This document shows positions 43,301 to 56,831 of a DNA stretch of 64,000 nucleotides, piece after piece. Source of the DNA: Octopus vulgaris (Eukaryota). The stretch spans positions 35,836,001-35,900,000 of the forward strand of contig OX597829.1 of NCBI GenBank assembly GCA_951406725.2, in the 5' to 3' direction. The notes beneath the pieces were generated by a model, which was not told where the DNA came from, did no database searches, and worked only from the letters and a program-made list of their open reading frames with translations. A program made the translations under genes and the position numbers. The first letter of the stretch is position 1. Each line of letters begins with the position of its first letter.

Positions 43301-43734
43301 ACAATTTCACCAGATCTTCTTTCCAGCAAAGATCTAGTGAAGTTGCTTCTAACATAGATACCAATGCTTCACATTGAATTGCAATAATGGATTAGTCGAA
43401 TATAATGACCTCAGTGATTGATACATAATCTATCGAAGCCAGAAATAGGATAGGTAAAATAGGCATCAGTAGGAGTCGTACTCAAAACTGTCCTATAAAG
43501 GAAAAAGAAAAATAACGGCAACAACATGGGCACAAATAAGCAGTACTGGCATTTTTGAAACAATTTAATATCATCCTCACATACACACAACAAAAGCAAA
43601 ATAACACCTACTATTACAAAATAAAGTATGAAAAAATTACGTCACTATAAGTGTATTAGAGAATAAAAGCAACATGTCTAGAAGAGAATCAAAAGGGAAA
43701 CTATGGATGAATAATTTAAATAGCAACAGAAATA

Positions 43735-43948
43735 TTGGTTTCAAATTCTAGCACAAGGCCAGTAGTTTGGGGGGAGGGTAAGTAGTTTACATCGACTCCA
43801 GTGTTCAACTGATACTTATTTTATCGACCGCGAAAAGATGAAAAGCAAATTCAACTTCGGCGGAATTTAAACTCGGAACGTAAAAACAGACGAAATGCAG
43901 CTAAGCGTTTTGACCGGAATGCTAACGATTCTGCCAGCTCACCGCCTT
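43735..43948 (-). mobile_element. SINE family A copy
   Basis: Matches the family, ending CTGCCAGCTCACCGCCTT; imperfect TSD-like AGCAACAGAAATATT / AGCAGCAGAAATATT. Confidence 0.85.
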
Positions 43949-44904
43949 AAACAGCAGCAGAAATATTAAAGATACAATGCAAACGAGAGAATTGTGGCAG
44001 CAGCAATGCCAGTTGCACAGTTAGCTAAATATGTGCATTTCGGTGTTTAGCACACAGCGACTCGATTGATTTAGAAATAAGATTCCTGTCGTTGGAAAGG
44101 TTGTTTTCGTTCATCTGTGAACTTTCAGAGAAAATCAATATCAACTGCTTATCTGACCTCATCAGAGCTACTACTATGTCGGTTTTATAGCATTTGGAGC
44201 TGTATGGCTAGTTGTCATACATGACTTAGTTGCCAATGATTCTACTAGCACTAACACTGTACAATCTTTAAACCACATAACTAATTTATGTGCATGCGTG
44301 TGTGTATGTGTTTATATGTGCGTGTATTTACATATATGTGAGAGTGTACGTGGAGTATGTGTATTATTGGATTTCTTAACTAGGTGATATATTCTCCTAA
44401 AATCTCAATGTCTTGGTATGTTAGGATAATTTAGATCTCATTTATTTTTACCGAAGAAGGTTCTAATGTTTACATTAACCTTTACGTTTGAAGATTGAAT
44501 ATTTATATTTATATTTCAGTCACATCTGCCACTATGTGACAGATTTTTATTCCCATGATTGGACAATGGATATTCAGTAAATTGGATAAATTCTAACATG
44601 CCGCTGTTATTTGTGACACGACCTTTCTTTAAAAGTAGAGTATTTAGTCCGACGCTGTCTTTATCACTTTTCATCTTTAATGGAATATTCAAGCAAATAA
44701 ATCAGCCTCTACGTAATCATTTGACCTGATAGAATCAGTAGCTCCGTCTTCCTCAAACCACACCAAATTATCTTAAGAAAAGGAAACACCAGGAAGTAGG
44801 GTGCGTGGCACACTATGCCTGAAGAAAATGTTGCGACAGTTACTGAACGCATATGATGATAGTTTAGTTTAAGACGTGAAAATGCTGTTGCTGTTGGTGA
44901 AGCT

Positions 44905-45001
<97 letters not shown>

Positions 45002-45035
45002 TGGTGGTGGTGGTGGTGGTGGTGGTGGTGGTGGT

Positions 45036-45108
<73 letters not shown>

Positions 45109-45115
45109 CAGCAGT
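44905..45115. repeat. (GTA)n/(GTG)n microsatellite
   Basis: Directly visible. Confidence 0.96.
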
Positions 45116-46289
45116 AGTCTTTCTTTACAATAACAACAAGAACATGATTTTCAAAATTCAAACCGACTTAACAAATACTGACACCTATTTTGTTTCTTTT
45201 CTGCATGTTATAACAAGTTATAAGAGTTTTTTTTTTATAATTCACCTACAGAACTACACTCTGTAAAAGGTATGGGCTGCAGAGGAATACATGACTAGAG
45301 GATCTGAACACGAGACGGTGCTTCAGCAAGTGATCTGAGGAGTGTTAACAGCAACTAGTACCTTCTAAGAGTTCGTACTGATATTACCTTACACATCACA
45401 GTGCGGAATCAATGTGAAAGAGATCAGCATGCGACCTAACTGACGAAGGGCACGAGGAATCATAAAACTTAAGTCCGACCTCAGCAGAGTTGGATGGGAA
45501 TATCAGTGGAATTCCAGGCGTGGATTACATTTGATGGCCTTGAAATTATTCCCACTCTGATTCTTTTTCAAAGAATGCCGGTATGGCCGAGAGCAGGAAG
45601 CTCAAATATTATATGCAATAGGCGCAATCATCTGAAGACATTCTCACTCGCAGCCAAAAAAGAAATTCGATATAAGCCAGAAAAGGAAAAGCTATAGAAC
45701 TGGTCAAGATTACATCTACAACGTTCAAACGAAGTGTATCAGTTCAACAATAGTTAGTAATACGGAAAAACAAGAACAATCGTAATCCTAGCATCTTTCA
45801 AATCCTCAATTGAGTAATGTAACGAGTGTGACAGAGAAGAGTCCAATAATAGGCAGAAAATCGATAGATTGCCAGGCAGGAGATAATTAGTAAGGGACAC
45901 GCTAGACCCAACAGTTTGGCAGCTACAAGATTGACAAAACACACCCCGACTTCTACTTCCACATATCCACATACTCTCAACATGTAGAAATGCGGCAAAA
46001 CAAATGAACTACACCAATTTCTAACAATAACAAAATCCTAAGAGCAGAGCTTTGAAGAGAACAACAATAAGGAAATTGATATGATTCACAGCAGAAAAAA
46101 ATACAAAACTATAAAGCTCGACAACAGCAGCAGTATCAGTAACATCCACAACAGCAACATGGATAGCTAATCAATAATCTTTCCTCCTTGTTGCACTGTA
46201 GCTCGTAAAGATGGAGATCATTAAAAAAATTAGAGATGTTAAGGGGCTATCGCGATTGAAGTTAAACAGAGGGGAGTGGGGCAGTCGAC

Positions 46290-46630
46290 GCCATCATCAG
46301 AATGTCTGAGACACCTCGGAAATCGATGGCTTCCAGGGCAATCTGGTTAATGCCTGTTTCTGTTACTGTCTTTTACTTCTGACGAATAACAAGAACATGC
46401 GTTAATGAGGACAAGTTGATAGCCTTACAACTCGGCGCTTAAACAAGTAAGACTATGCGACACAACAATTTCTGTCGCTTGTCTAATGTTTATGTATAGT
46501 GCCGGGGTTTTGATCCAGTCCCCCAGGTAGAGAAAACAGAATTTTCGTACAAGACGGACACGATCATTTCTGTGTATATACTCGGATTTGGAAAGGTATG
46601 AGCAACAGCAAATGATGTACTCCATCGTCT
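46290..46630 (-). mobile_element. RTE-like RT/thumb remnant
   Basis: Minus strand reads EYI...VRKFCFLYLGDWI....INIRQA (F.YLGSWI...DI.IR.A motif). Confidence 0.5.
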
Positions 46631-47300
46631 CATAATAGTGTCTGTAGTTGCTTTCCCTATTTTAACTTTATAGCTACTTGCGTCTCGACATGCAACTAAA
46701 GCTCTCCTTCAGTTCTATATTTAAGAGATGAGGAATTATGTACACTATTTACATTATTTACATTATTTACATCAGCTGAAACGTTGTGTTAACAACAAAC
46801 AAGATGAGGACAAATATCTGTCGAATGTAAATAATGTGAAAAATGTAAAGGTCTCCTGTTTCTGATTTCTATCCAGAGCATTGTTACCCTCTTCTAAAGC
46901 TTACTTCCCTGCTATATCTTGCAAGGTATTGCCTATGCAGAGGTTTTCCCCTTCGTTTTGTCATTTTATAGCATTTTTCATCTGATACAATTCCTCTCCA
47001 TTTTGTATGTTATTGTTTCCTTGTATGGTAATTGTTGTTGACTTTGTGTATAATTATTAATATATTTGGGGCGTCCTGAGTAACGACCTAGATAGATATT
47101 AATATCATCATTTTCTCTTTGCTTATTTCCGTATATTTTCTCTTCCCACTATTGGTATTAGATTTGCCCATCTTGGGTGCGAGGAAGATATATTGCATTT
47201 ATGTCGGTTATGTGGGAATTGTGGCTTCGTAAAGCGGTCATTAGTCTCCTGGCTTTTCTTCCTAAACTTTTCACTTCACTTTCCAATGTATTTTGTTGCG

Positions 47301-47370
<70 letters not shown>

Positions 47371-48934
47371 CGTGTGTGTCTGTGTATGTGTGTATATGTG
47401 TGTGTGTGTTATTTCTAGTAATGAATTACCTTTTTTAAAAAAATATTACTCTGATTGTTCTGTAGTTATCTTTTTTAATTTTCTCTTTCATTTCTGCGCC
47501 GCACTTATCAGTATCATCAACACCTAAATATTTATGTGGATAGTTCTGTTCTTATTCTCAGATTGCGGCGTCTGCATTGAGCTTAATTTTCTCAGTTTTA
47601 GTTAATTTATTTTTCCATATCATAGAAAACTCATTTCTTTAATCCTACACTCGTATATTCATCATGGTTGTACGTATGAACAATTTATTAGCTATTATCG
47701 CTTGTAAATATTATTAAGTCAGATAGTTTGTCTGTAGATTCTATAACTATTGATGGTTTCATTTAGCAGGTTTGTTAATGAAATCAGGACTAGACAACAG
47801 AGTAGGGAGAAAATGAGTCTTCTTGAAAATTTCCTGTCCTTATACGCTGGTTTTAATCATCTTCCATTTTACCTGGATTATATAGTTTTCAATTTTTACA
47901 TAACGTAGTTAACGTATTTCGATAGCATTGAGGTTCCTTTATGTGGAATGTCTGCATTATCTAAAAGTACGGCAGATCATCAAATGCTTTTCAGTAATTA
48001 ATTCAGTGATACAGTTCAATTAAATACCGTATACGAAACAAATATATGTGAAAATTTCTCTTCTTTCCTGGAGTTGAATTGGGTACTTAAGTTGAAGCGC
48101 TAAGTCAGACTGGTATTGTCCGCACTGCTCGAAGTTAGGTAAATAAAAAGCAAATAAGTAACAAGTGTGTTCAAGTATTGGTACATTACGGCCGTTTCAA
48201 GCGGCTCAATCGATTTATGTAAGTATTTCATCAATTTGAAATACACCGCTCTCCTCGGAAGCATAAGACCATATAGGTTTTCAACATACAGGATACTCCA
48301 TTATAATTTTTTAGCAAATTTTTCATCAGAACTAGAGAATAAAAGAATTACAATGCTTACTGCTATTAATGTAGCAGAACGAACGTAGGGGGAAATATTT
48401 AAAGCTAACTATAAATTAGAGTGACAGAAGAGAATAACAATGGTGGTCAAGAATGAGTAGTGGGGATATAGGTACATCCATCTTTATACTTATCACAATC
48501 AAAAGATCCAGTGCAGCAGGTATTCTGCATCCCCTTGGAACTATAGCCCTTAGGAATTGACCGTTAAGTTCTTGCTGTTGGTGGTAAATTAATATAAGAT
48601 GATCTTCTCTACCCTTATTTTACTCTGACTATAAATTCGCCATGACTACATAAAAGAACATGACTCAGAAGATGCTAGCAAGATAATGGTATATGGGTGA
48701 TAACCAGAAAGAGGTTCTGGTCATAAAATAGTTTAAGCCACCTTTGACTTAAAAACTATATAATGATGAGGGGTGACTTAAACTATATTATGATTATCAA
48801 TTAAAAGGGGCCTAAAGCAGGTAACAAAGGAGGTCACAATGAGATCCAAGTAGACATATGTACACACACATACACACGCACGCACACGCACACACACACA
48901 TATAATTGTCACTAAATGTGACTAGGGTGTTAGG

Positions 48935-49318
48935 AAACATCTCCATTGCTAGAAATAAGAGCTAAATAGCTCTAATTCTGTAATTAACGCATATGAATGA
49001 AAACGTATACACTAACAGGGACCATAATTGTCCGAAAAATGCCAATCAAGAATTTTTAATACTGACGACAGTTTCGGCAATTTCCGTTACCTCAGTTAAG
49101 CCAGCTCGATTGTTCGGATCTTTTCGGACACGTTTCACCATCGAGTTGTCTTAGCTGCTGAGGCAACGGATATTGCTGAAACTGACATGAGTATTAAGAA
49201 TTCTCGATCGGCACTTTTCGGACGACTATGGTCTCTACTAGTGTATATGTTTTCATTCATGTGCGTTAACTACAGCATTAGAGCGGTTTAGCTCTTATTT
49301 CTAGCAATGTAGGTGTTT
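48935..49318. repeat. Long imperfect foldback, ~175-bp arms, ~29-nt loop (49111-49139)
   Basis: CATTGCTAGAAATAAGAGCTAAA..CTCGAT pairs with ATCGAG..TTTAGCTCTTATTTCTAGCAATG. Confidence 0.9.
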
Positions 49319-49436
49319 AACTACAATATGAGGCTTCGAAAAGGCAGTTACACCCGCGAACCCAAATAGATTTAGGATCTGCGGAGGATCAACGTTAGTA
49401 ACAAAAAAACAGGACGTACAACAAACCAAACGAAAA

Positions 49437-50540
49437 AGGGCTGCAATCAGAAAACAGCTACTTTCAAATACAAACGTTGCAAAGCGTTTAGAGTGGAGTA
49501 AAAACCTACATAATTGGTCCCTAGTGCAGTGGAAGAACGTTATTTTCTCGGACGAGTCATCCTTTACCTTATTTCCAACCACTGGCTGAGTATACATGTG
49601 GAGACAGCCAAAAGAAGCATTTAACCCAGGCTGCCTCCTTCCAACTGTTAAACATGGAAGAGGATCTGTGATGATCTGGGGGACTACATCTTGGAATTGT
49701 TTCACTTCATGGCAGAATTAATAGTCAAGAGACTATTTAAGCATGTTGTCTGATCAAATTCATCCTATGGTTGTGCAACTGTTTCCGGAGGGAAATGCAG
49801 TCTTTCAGGGTGATAATGCACCAATTCACACAGTTAAACTTGTTACTGAATGGTACGAGGAACATTCTAGTGAAGTCGAACATCTTATCTGACCACCACA
49901 GTCCACATATCTCGATATTATTGAATAGTTAGTTAGTTAGTTAGTTAGTTAATTTGGCTCAAAAGCAAATAGCAAGGCCATGTAGGGGGACATGGAGTTA
50001 AGTACAGGGTGGTGTTCATGTAAAGAGTTCAGGCCACTTGAGGTCATGGGAGGCTTTGAACAAAGCGGTCGTCGGCATCTTCACCATCTCGTCTGGCAGC
50101 TTGTTCCACGGATCCGCAACCCGGACGGAGAAAGCTCCTCTCCTTCGATTGAGATGAAATCGTCGCAGGTAGAGCTTTTCGGACTGACCCCGCAGCCGAC
50201 GCTCTGGAGCAGGAGTGAAGAACAGCTCTTTCGAGAGGTTACACTTTCTGCTTATGATGTTGTGGGCGAGAATGAGATCACCACGGCGGCGGCATTTTTC
50301 AAGAGAATAAAGGTCGAGCGTCCTCAGCCTTTCTTTGCATTTTAGAAAAACAATTAAGGAGTCAATATTCTCCACCATCATCACTGTAAGAACTGGATAC
50401 TGTTTTAACTGAAAAATGGACAAAAATTCCTTTGGAAACAATTCAAACTTTGTACGAGTCTATATTTTGTGGAATTCACGGTCCTACCCCATATTGAAAT
50501 AAATTTGTTTGAAATTTTAAGGTGTTTCCATTATTTTGTC
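49437..50540 (+). mobile_element. Tc1-like transposase pseudogene interrupted by a CR1 fragment
   Basis: WKNVIFSDESSF, PTVKHGRGSVMIWG, FQGDNAPIH and PPQSTYLDIIE; resumes at ~50337 with ILEKQLRS..WTKIPLETIQTLYES..GPTPY*; ends in TIR-like CCATTATTTTGTC. Confidence 0.9.
49926..50336 (-). mobile_element. 5'-truncated CR1-type LINE 3' end with (TAAC)n tail
   Basis: ERLRTLDLYSLEKCRRRGDLI..RGQSEKL..FSVRVADPWNKLP..FK (CR1 C-terminus); (TTAG)n tail on the + strand at ~49926-49950. Confidence 0.88.
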
Positions 50541-52987
50541 GAACCATCGAAACGCGGAGTAGATAAACAGAGACAACTGATGAAGGGGATGTTCTTTATG
50601 TTACATGTCTCGGTTCCCTGTTTTTTTTTTCGTTGTTCGAAAAAAAAATTCGTTTTCTATGTTTTTGTTTTTATGCTTTCGTCTCTGATTGTGTACACGT
50701 TTTTTTATGCCCAGTACCCATATATGCATGTATATATACATATATATGTAGGCATGTACATATATGTATGTATACATGCATGTATTTATATTATTATATG
50801 ATCGAACGCCACACATCCTTTTCCAAGTAAGTTTTATATATAGATAGATGGACAGATAGACAGACAGATAGATAGATGAATAAATAAATAAATAAATAAA
50901 TAAATATATACGTGTGTGTATTATATAATAGTTATATTATTTGTTTGTTCCTTCTCGAGCCATGCCTGGCTCATAAGGGCCGGTTTCCCGGTTTCCTTGG
51001 CGTGTAGGTGAGCTGCAAGATGCAGGAGGAAAGAGTAAAATATTTTGGTTTTAGATTAAAATTCTTCGTCGCATTTTTTCAAAGCGTCATTCCTTTCATG
51101 AATTTGTTGACAAGATTTGTTTAAGCCATTCTTTTGCTTCTACTGATAACCGTTTAACTATCTGGAGCTTTTGCTTTTTCTTACTTTGAACAACATATTT
51201 TCCATTTTGCTCAATAAGAATAAATCTTTGCTTTCTTTTGAATGGCTTGTTGTCTATTTTTTTCTCTTTTTATAGTATGAAGCTTGTCTGAGTATTTGAC
51301 TTTATCAAGGTCACGCCTGGTTATCCTCAATACAACTAGTGCTGCTATATTAAATCATTCAGTCTGTTGATATTCAAATAGCTTTCTCTGTAAACAGAGT
51401 TTCTTGTGCTCCGTTATATCTAATTATTCATCCGTCTTGCCCCTCGTTCGTTTTTAGCTTGAGCTGGTGGTAACGTCGATTTATGTTGTTAATGTTCACT
51501 TCTGTTTTACTTACTGCTTCAGTATTTCATTAATGCTAACTCTGTTCGAAACACTGAGATAATTCATCCATTTATTTTTATGACGATAAAAGACAAAGAT
51601 GTATTTTTGCTTTGGTTGTAATTGAATCTTTCCAACTTCGGTCATCATCCCCATTTTCGACTATAGTCTTCTTTGTGCGTATTTTTGATTTGCTGTGAAA
51701 CCTGGATGACTCTCTTACGGTGGTTTCAGGAGTATTTTCTCAGTATGTTTATGTCTATATTATTGTGTAAGCCGATGTCTGTATTTTGTGGCATCATGTG
51801 CTTTGTATTTGCGTGTAAGGTTCTGCTGTGATGCTTTTATTTCTTTCATCTTTTATATGAATATTAGTTACTGTAATTATTTTCAGTGCAGTACTTTCTA
51901 CTTCTGGCATTATTTCATGTTTAGTATAAAAGTTTGTGTCTCAATAGTATGTTCAGTCTTATGGGGAAGTCCTATAAGATCCCACAATTCTTATTTACTA
52001 TCAGTCTCTGATTTGTGTTCAAACCACTTTTCCGTTATTTTCTAAGAAACAAACTCAACTAATATCCCCATCCACTCTTATACCTACGCAGTCATGCCTG
52101 TGCTTCTAGGCTTTTGTACCAGCTAACTTATTCACTCAAGATGTGCTTTAAATTTTCGTCACTTTTCCATAAATTTTACGTTTACATGTGACTAAGTTTT
52201 ATAAATCTTTGTCTTTGTCACATTCGTGCTAATGGCTTGTTCCTAAACAGATATACTTAGCACTTTGGTTTCCGTCCGTCAACCACAACAACAGTTCTTT
52301 AGTTCCTACATCCACACGATGTTACATGAACCGTCTATGTAATTTCTTCTCTCTCAAACTATTTGCTCCCTTGTTTTCCCTTCTCTTCTTGAATATTGTT
52401 TCAGTAATTTTTTTTAATATATTTCCAGCTGCCGATACTATTCTTCTGCATTATGTACAACAGTTTTTTCGACTCGTTATTTTCTGAAGTATCTTCTGCA
52501 TTTAACAACCTACTGGCCCCTTTATTTCTTGGTTATTAGAGCCTGTCGATTTTACTTTTACTGTTTTTCAGTGATGTGCATTATGGGTAGCTTGCTAGTT
52601 CATTCTAAGTTCTGTACCTCTGATTGCGTGCACACTCAGGATGGAAAAATTGCGCTAGATTACAAGTCTGCATAATTATATCCCAATGCGATTGTTGATA
52701 ACTAGTAGCAACTGTGAATATTTGACGGAATTAATTGGGTTATTTCTGAAAACTTTATCCTAAAACCCGAAAGCGAAGCCTGTGTTGTGTCTCTATGAAA
52801 AGATAGCCGCTCATCTGCTACTCATTCAAATGTGAAAGAAATTGGAATATGACGATTACTTAATGCACTATATATATACACTTTATATACTTTATGCACA
52901 ATTTTATAGACTTCATACACAGCACTCAATAAAATAAATATTCACACATATTTTTTCACTATGAAAGTTGTTTTTTTATTTCGCACT

Positions 52988-53073
52988 TTCATCCATTCAT
53001 GAAGATTTTTAAAAATAAATTTTATAGAAATTTTCGTGAAACTTATTTTGAAAAATCCTCATGAATGGATAAA
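52988..53073. repeat. Short foldback, ~38-bp arms
   Basis: ATCCATTCATGAAGATTTTTAAAAATAA pairs with TTATTTTGAAAAATCCTCATGAATGGAT. Confidence 0.85.
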
Positions 53074-53252
53074 AACTCTAAAAAAAGGAATAATCTAAAA
53101 TTCTGAATACCTTGTTTTCCTTTATATTCAATATCTATACTTCACTTCAAACATTTGAACATGGATGCATACATATATGCTCAAAAACACACACACAACA
53201 TACACGCATACACACAGGCATACACACATATCAAGAGACGATAAATGGTATT

Positions 53253-53552
53253 TATACGACAGCTGTTTTGGTAGAATTTTATTTATGTATTCATAGATTA
53301 CATCATGATATAACATACACAACTTTTAGGTAAAATTTTGAGCACTTAAGATTTCAAATAGGTGAGATTTCATACAACAGCTCGGACAATTCCAACGTCA
53401 TAGGATTTCTAATAACCCGATGATGCTGGATTTAATTGGGCTAATGTATGAAATCTCATCTATTTGAAATCTTACCTGCAGATTGTGGATTATATGTTAT
53501 TATGTAATTTATGAATACATTGATAAAATTCTACTGAAACAACTGTTGTATA
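53253..53552. repeat. Long imperfect foldback, ~140-bp arms
   Basis: TAAGATTTCAAATAGGTGAGATTTCATACA pairs with TGTATGAAATCTCATCTATTTGAAATCTTA; the outer GTAGAATTTTAT..ATGTATTCATA block also pairs. Confidence 0.88.
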
Positions 53553-54045
53553 TTTTAAACACCGGTCGTGTTCTCTCTTTATACCTACGCCACACCTGAA
53601 TCGGATGTACGGTATAATTTGGATTTGGCACTTGCATATCAACAATATAGTATATTACTAACACTTGATACCTTCATTATTGTTTGCCTAACTGTGAACA
53701 TGTAGGGAATTAGTAATAATGGTATACCCCTCAAACGTGATGAGTGCAATGAGGCTGTCATTATAATAAGGTGACGTCGGCCAGTATCGTGAAAGTTCAC
53801 AGAGTACGAAAGTACATATAGACTGTGTTGATAGTCGTGTCTGTGCTGATATAGTAAGCATGTGATACTGAGTAGACGTTATAACGATCCAACCTTTGAG
53901 GATAGCAACAATGTACGACTGGGGGTCGTACAGTGCAAGACAGAACCATCCTATCGACGAGTTTGGATTAATAATAGTATCTGTGAGGGCGACAACCGTC
54001 GTACAAAAACAGATACAAAAGTGGCAAAAGACCGTTTTATGATAG

Positions 54046-54060
54046 TGGCGACGATGATGA
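54046..54060 (+). promoter_or_regulatory. Primer-binding site, tRNA-Ser(GCU)-like
   Basis: TGGCGACGATGATGA immediately follows the 5' LTR and is close to TGGCGACGAGGATGG, the complement of the metazoan tRNA-Ser(GCU) 3' end. Confidence 0.65.
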
Positions 54061-54066
54061 ACCAAT

Positions 54067-54299
54067 AAAGGCGGCGAGCTGGCAGAAATGTTAGCACGCC
54101 GGGCGAAATGCTTAGCGGTATTTCGTCTGCGTTACGTTGTGAGTTCAAATTCCGCCGAGGTCGACTTTGCCTTTCATCCTTTCGGGGTCGATAAATTAAG
54201 TACCAGTTACGCACTGGGGTCGATGTAATCGACTTAATACCTATGTCTGTCCTTGTTTGTCCCCTCTATGTTTAGCCCCTTGTGGGTAATAAAGAAATA
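54067..54299 (+). mobile_element. SINE family A, full length, inserted at the Gypsy PBS
   Basis: TSD GATGATGAACCAAT (54053-54066) / GATGATAAACCAAT (54300-54313). Confidence 0.93.
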
Positions 54300-56577
54300 G
54301 ATGATAAACCAATTCACGTGGAGTTAATAGAAACTCGAAGAAGAATTAATAAGCTCAAAAGTTGTCGTATGAATTGTAGGAAAAAGCGTAAAAGTATGGA
54401 ACATTTATTGGCAGGTTTGCTCGAGTTGCAGAAACAGTAACAACAACAGCTGAAAGAAGAACAACTACAGCAGGTACAGCTACAAGAGCAACAACAGAAG
54501 CAACGACAACAACAAATAATCTTATACAACAAATGTTGCAATTACTGAAGTCATCAGGAAACCCAGAAAAAGTGTTCTCGACGGACCATGTCGCGTATTC
54601 AATAATTGAATTGAAATGCGAACCTGACGAATGAGTTACCTTTGAAGCATACTACAGAAGATATGAGCAAATCTTCCAAAAACAATGTAAAGATTGGGAC
54701 GGTGAGATGAAAACTCGCTTAATCTTGAGAAAACTGGTGCCAACAGAACATGAACAAAACAGCAATTTTGTACTCCCAAGAAAACTGTCTGACGTAAATT
54801 TTAATGACACAATAGATATATTGTGCAAGATTTTCAGTGAAAAAAGCTTCTTGTTCAACACTCGGTGGAAGTGTCTGAACATAGAGAAAAATAGTAACGA
54901 GGACTACATTACATATGCTGGTAGAGTAAACAAGGAATGTGAGAAGTTTAAGCTGGATAAATTATCTCCAGATATGTTCAAATGCCTGATTTTCACACAG
55001 GGACTAACTACCGAAAAGGACATAGAAGTTAGAACTAGAATTCTCGCAAAGCTGGAACCGAATCAGGATGTAAGCCTACAGAAATTAACAGAAGAATGTG
55101 ACACGACCCAGGGGAAACTGAACGCTAATAAATAAAACCAGTGCGGACGTATCTGAATAGAGAGAGTGTGTTTTCTAATAAAAAGAAACACGAGAAACAT
55201 CAGGATATAAACCCGTATTTTGCATGTGGTGGTATGCACTTGAGGAAATAATTTCCCATTTAAAAAAGCGGAGTGTTTTCGCTGTGGCAATATAGGGCAT
55301 ATAAAGACACACTGCAGAACGAAGATGACATAAAGTCGGGACAAAGGAGAAAAAAAGAAATAGTTTGTCATCGAAAAAAAAGGGGTGGGGCAATACAACA
55401 AACAAAAAAGTCATAATACAGTTCTATATTTAAGAGATGAGGAATTATGTACATAATTACTGCTTTCACAGGTGGGTGACGGATTTCAGTCTTCATTCTC
55501 TGACCTTTGACTTTCATGAATTTCTTAATCTGGCATGTCTTCACCTTTTCAGAGTCTTTCATGTACGACTTTTCTGGATCTTGTTGTGCACAAAAAATTC
55601 ATACATGTGAAAATTAAAAATACAAGTGGAAAATTGATTTTCGGCACAGGTAGTGACATTACCATTATATATGAAAACACGTGGAAACAAGTCGGTAAAC
55701 CGAAATTAATTAGATCTCAAAAGGTAGCACATGGTGTTATTGGAAGATTATTTTATCGGTGAACACATATGTAATGTAACCTCTCGAGGTCAAACGAAAA
55801 AGGCTAAGATATATGTATTAAGACATTCACTTAATTTGTTTAGCCCAGAGTGGATAGAACTATTCAGTTTATGGAATAAGCCCATAAGTGTTTTGTGTAA
55901 AAATATAGTTCCCTCCGTCAAAGGTTCAAATGCGGCTGAGAGACTGAAACAAAAATTGTAGTAATACAAGGCACAACACATATATTCAAATCAACACGAA
56001 ATGTACCATTCACGAAAAAAAATTGCTCACGATAAAAAGTAAATATTGTTCACAAATGGATGTTCCGTGGTCAGGACTACACATCGATGTGGCTGGTCCT
56101 TTAAATGGTTGTTACTACTTAGTTGTAATTGATTCTTTCTCGAAATGGCCTGAAATTCGTAAGTGCAAAAAACCAACTTCCTCAACTGTGATAAACTGCT
56201 TGCAAGATTTGGCATTCCATACATGATAGTGTCTGACAATGGAACGCAATTTGTGTCTAGCGAATTTTAAAAAATTTGTGAAACGTTCGCGGGAGAACAT
56301 ATAACTATAGTGCCATACCATCCCAGATCTAATGGATAGTTAGAACGCTTTGTTGATACCTTCAAAAGATTATAACGATCCAACCTTTTGAGGATGTCGT
56401 ACACTGGGGGTCGTACAGTGCCAGAAAAAAAAAACATCCTATCGACAACTTCGGAATATAACAATATCTGTCAGAGCAACAACCATCGTACAAAGACATA
56501 CAACAGTGGCAAAAGAACGCTTTATAATAGAGCTCTGTTATCATACTATTTCAGTTGATGTGCTTAGATTTCTAATT

Positions 56578-56761
56578 CATGTATGTATGTATGTATGTAT
56601 GTATGTATGTATGTATGTATGTATGTATGTATGTATGTATGCATGTATGTATGTATGTATGTATGTATGTATGTATGTATGTATGTATGTATGTATGTAT
56701 GTATGTATGTATGTATGTATGTGTGTATGTATGTATGTATGTATGTATGTATGTATGTATG

Positions 56762-56825
<64 letters not shown>
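56578..56825. repeat. (TATG)n then (TA)n microsatellite
   Basis: Directly visible. Confidence 0.97.

Positions 56826-56831
<6 letters not shown>

Larger units (their letters stand above)
53701..56529 (+). mobile_element. Gypsy (Mag-like) LTR retrotransposon, internally deleted pseudogene
   Basis: Direct repeat ~53880-54044 and 56371-56529 (LTR parts; 5' LTR start at 53701 is tentative). gag from 54396 (TFEAYYRRYEQIF..FKCLIFTQGL), two CCHC knuckles (one is CFRCGNIGHIKTHC), protease FGTGSDITII, integrase LHIDVAGP..VIDSFSKWPE..VSDNGTQF..PYHPRSNG.LERFV. No RT or RNase H. Confidence 0.88.

Noticed and set aside
44520-44576. Exon-like segment HICHYVTDF resembling HITYVKDF at 5121
   Set aside because: The similarity is too short to exceed chance in AT-rich DNA, and the donor is weak.
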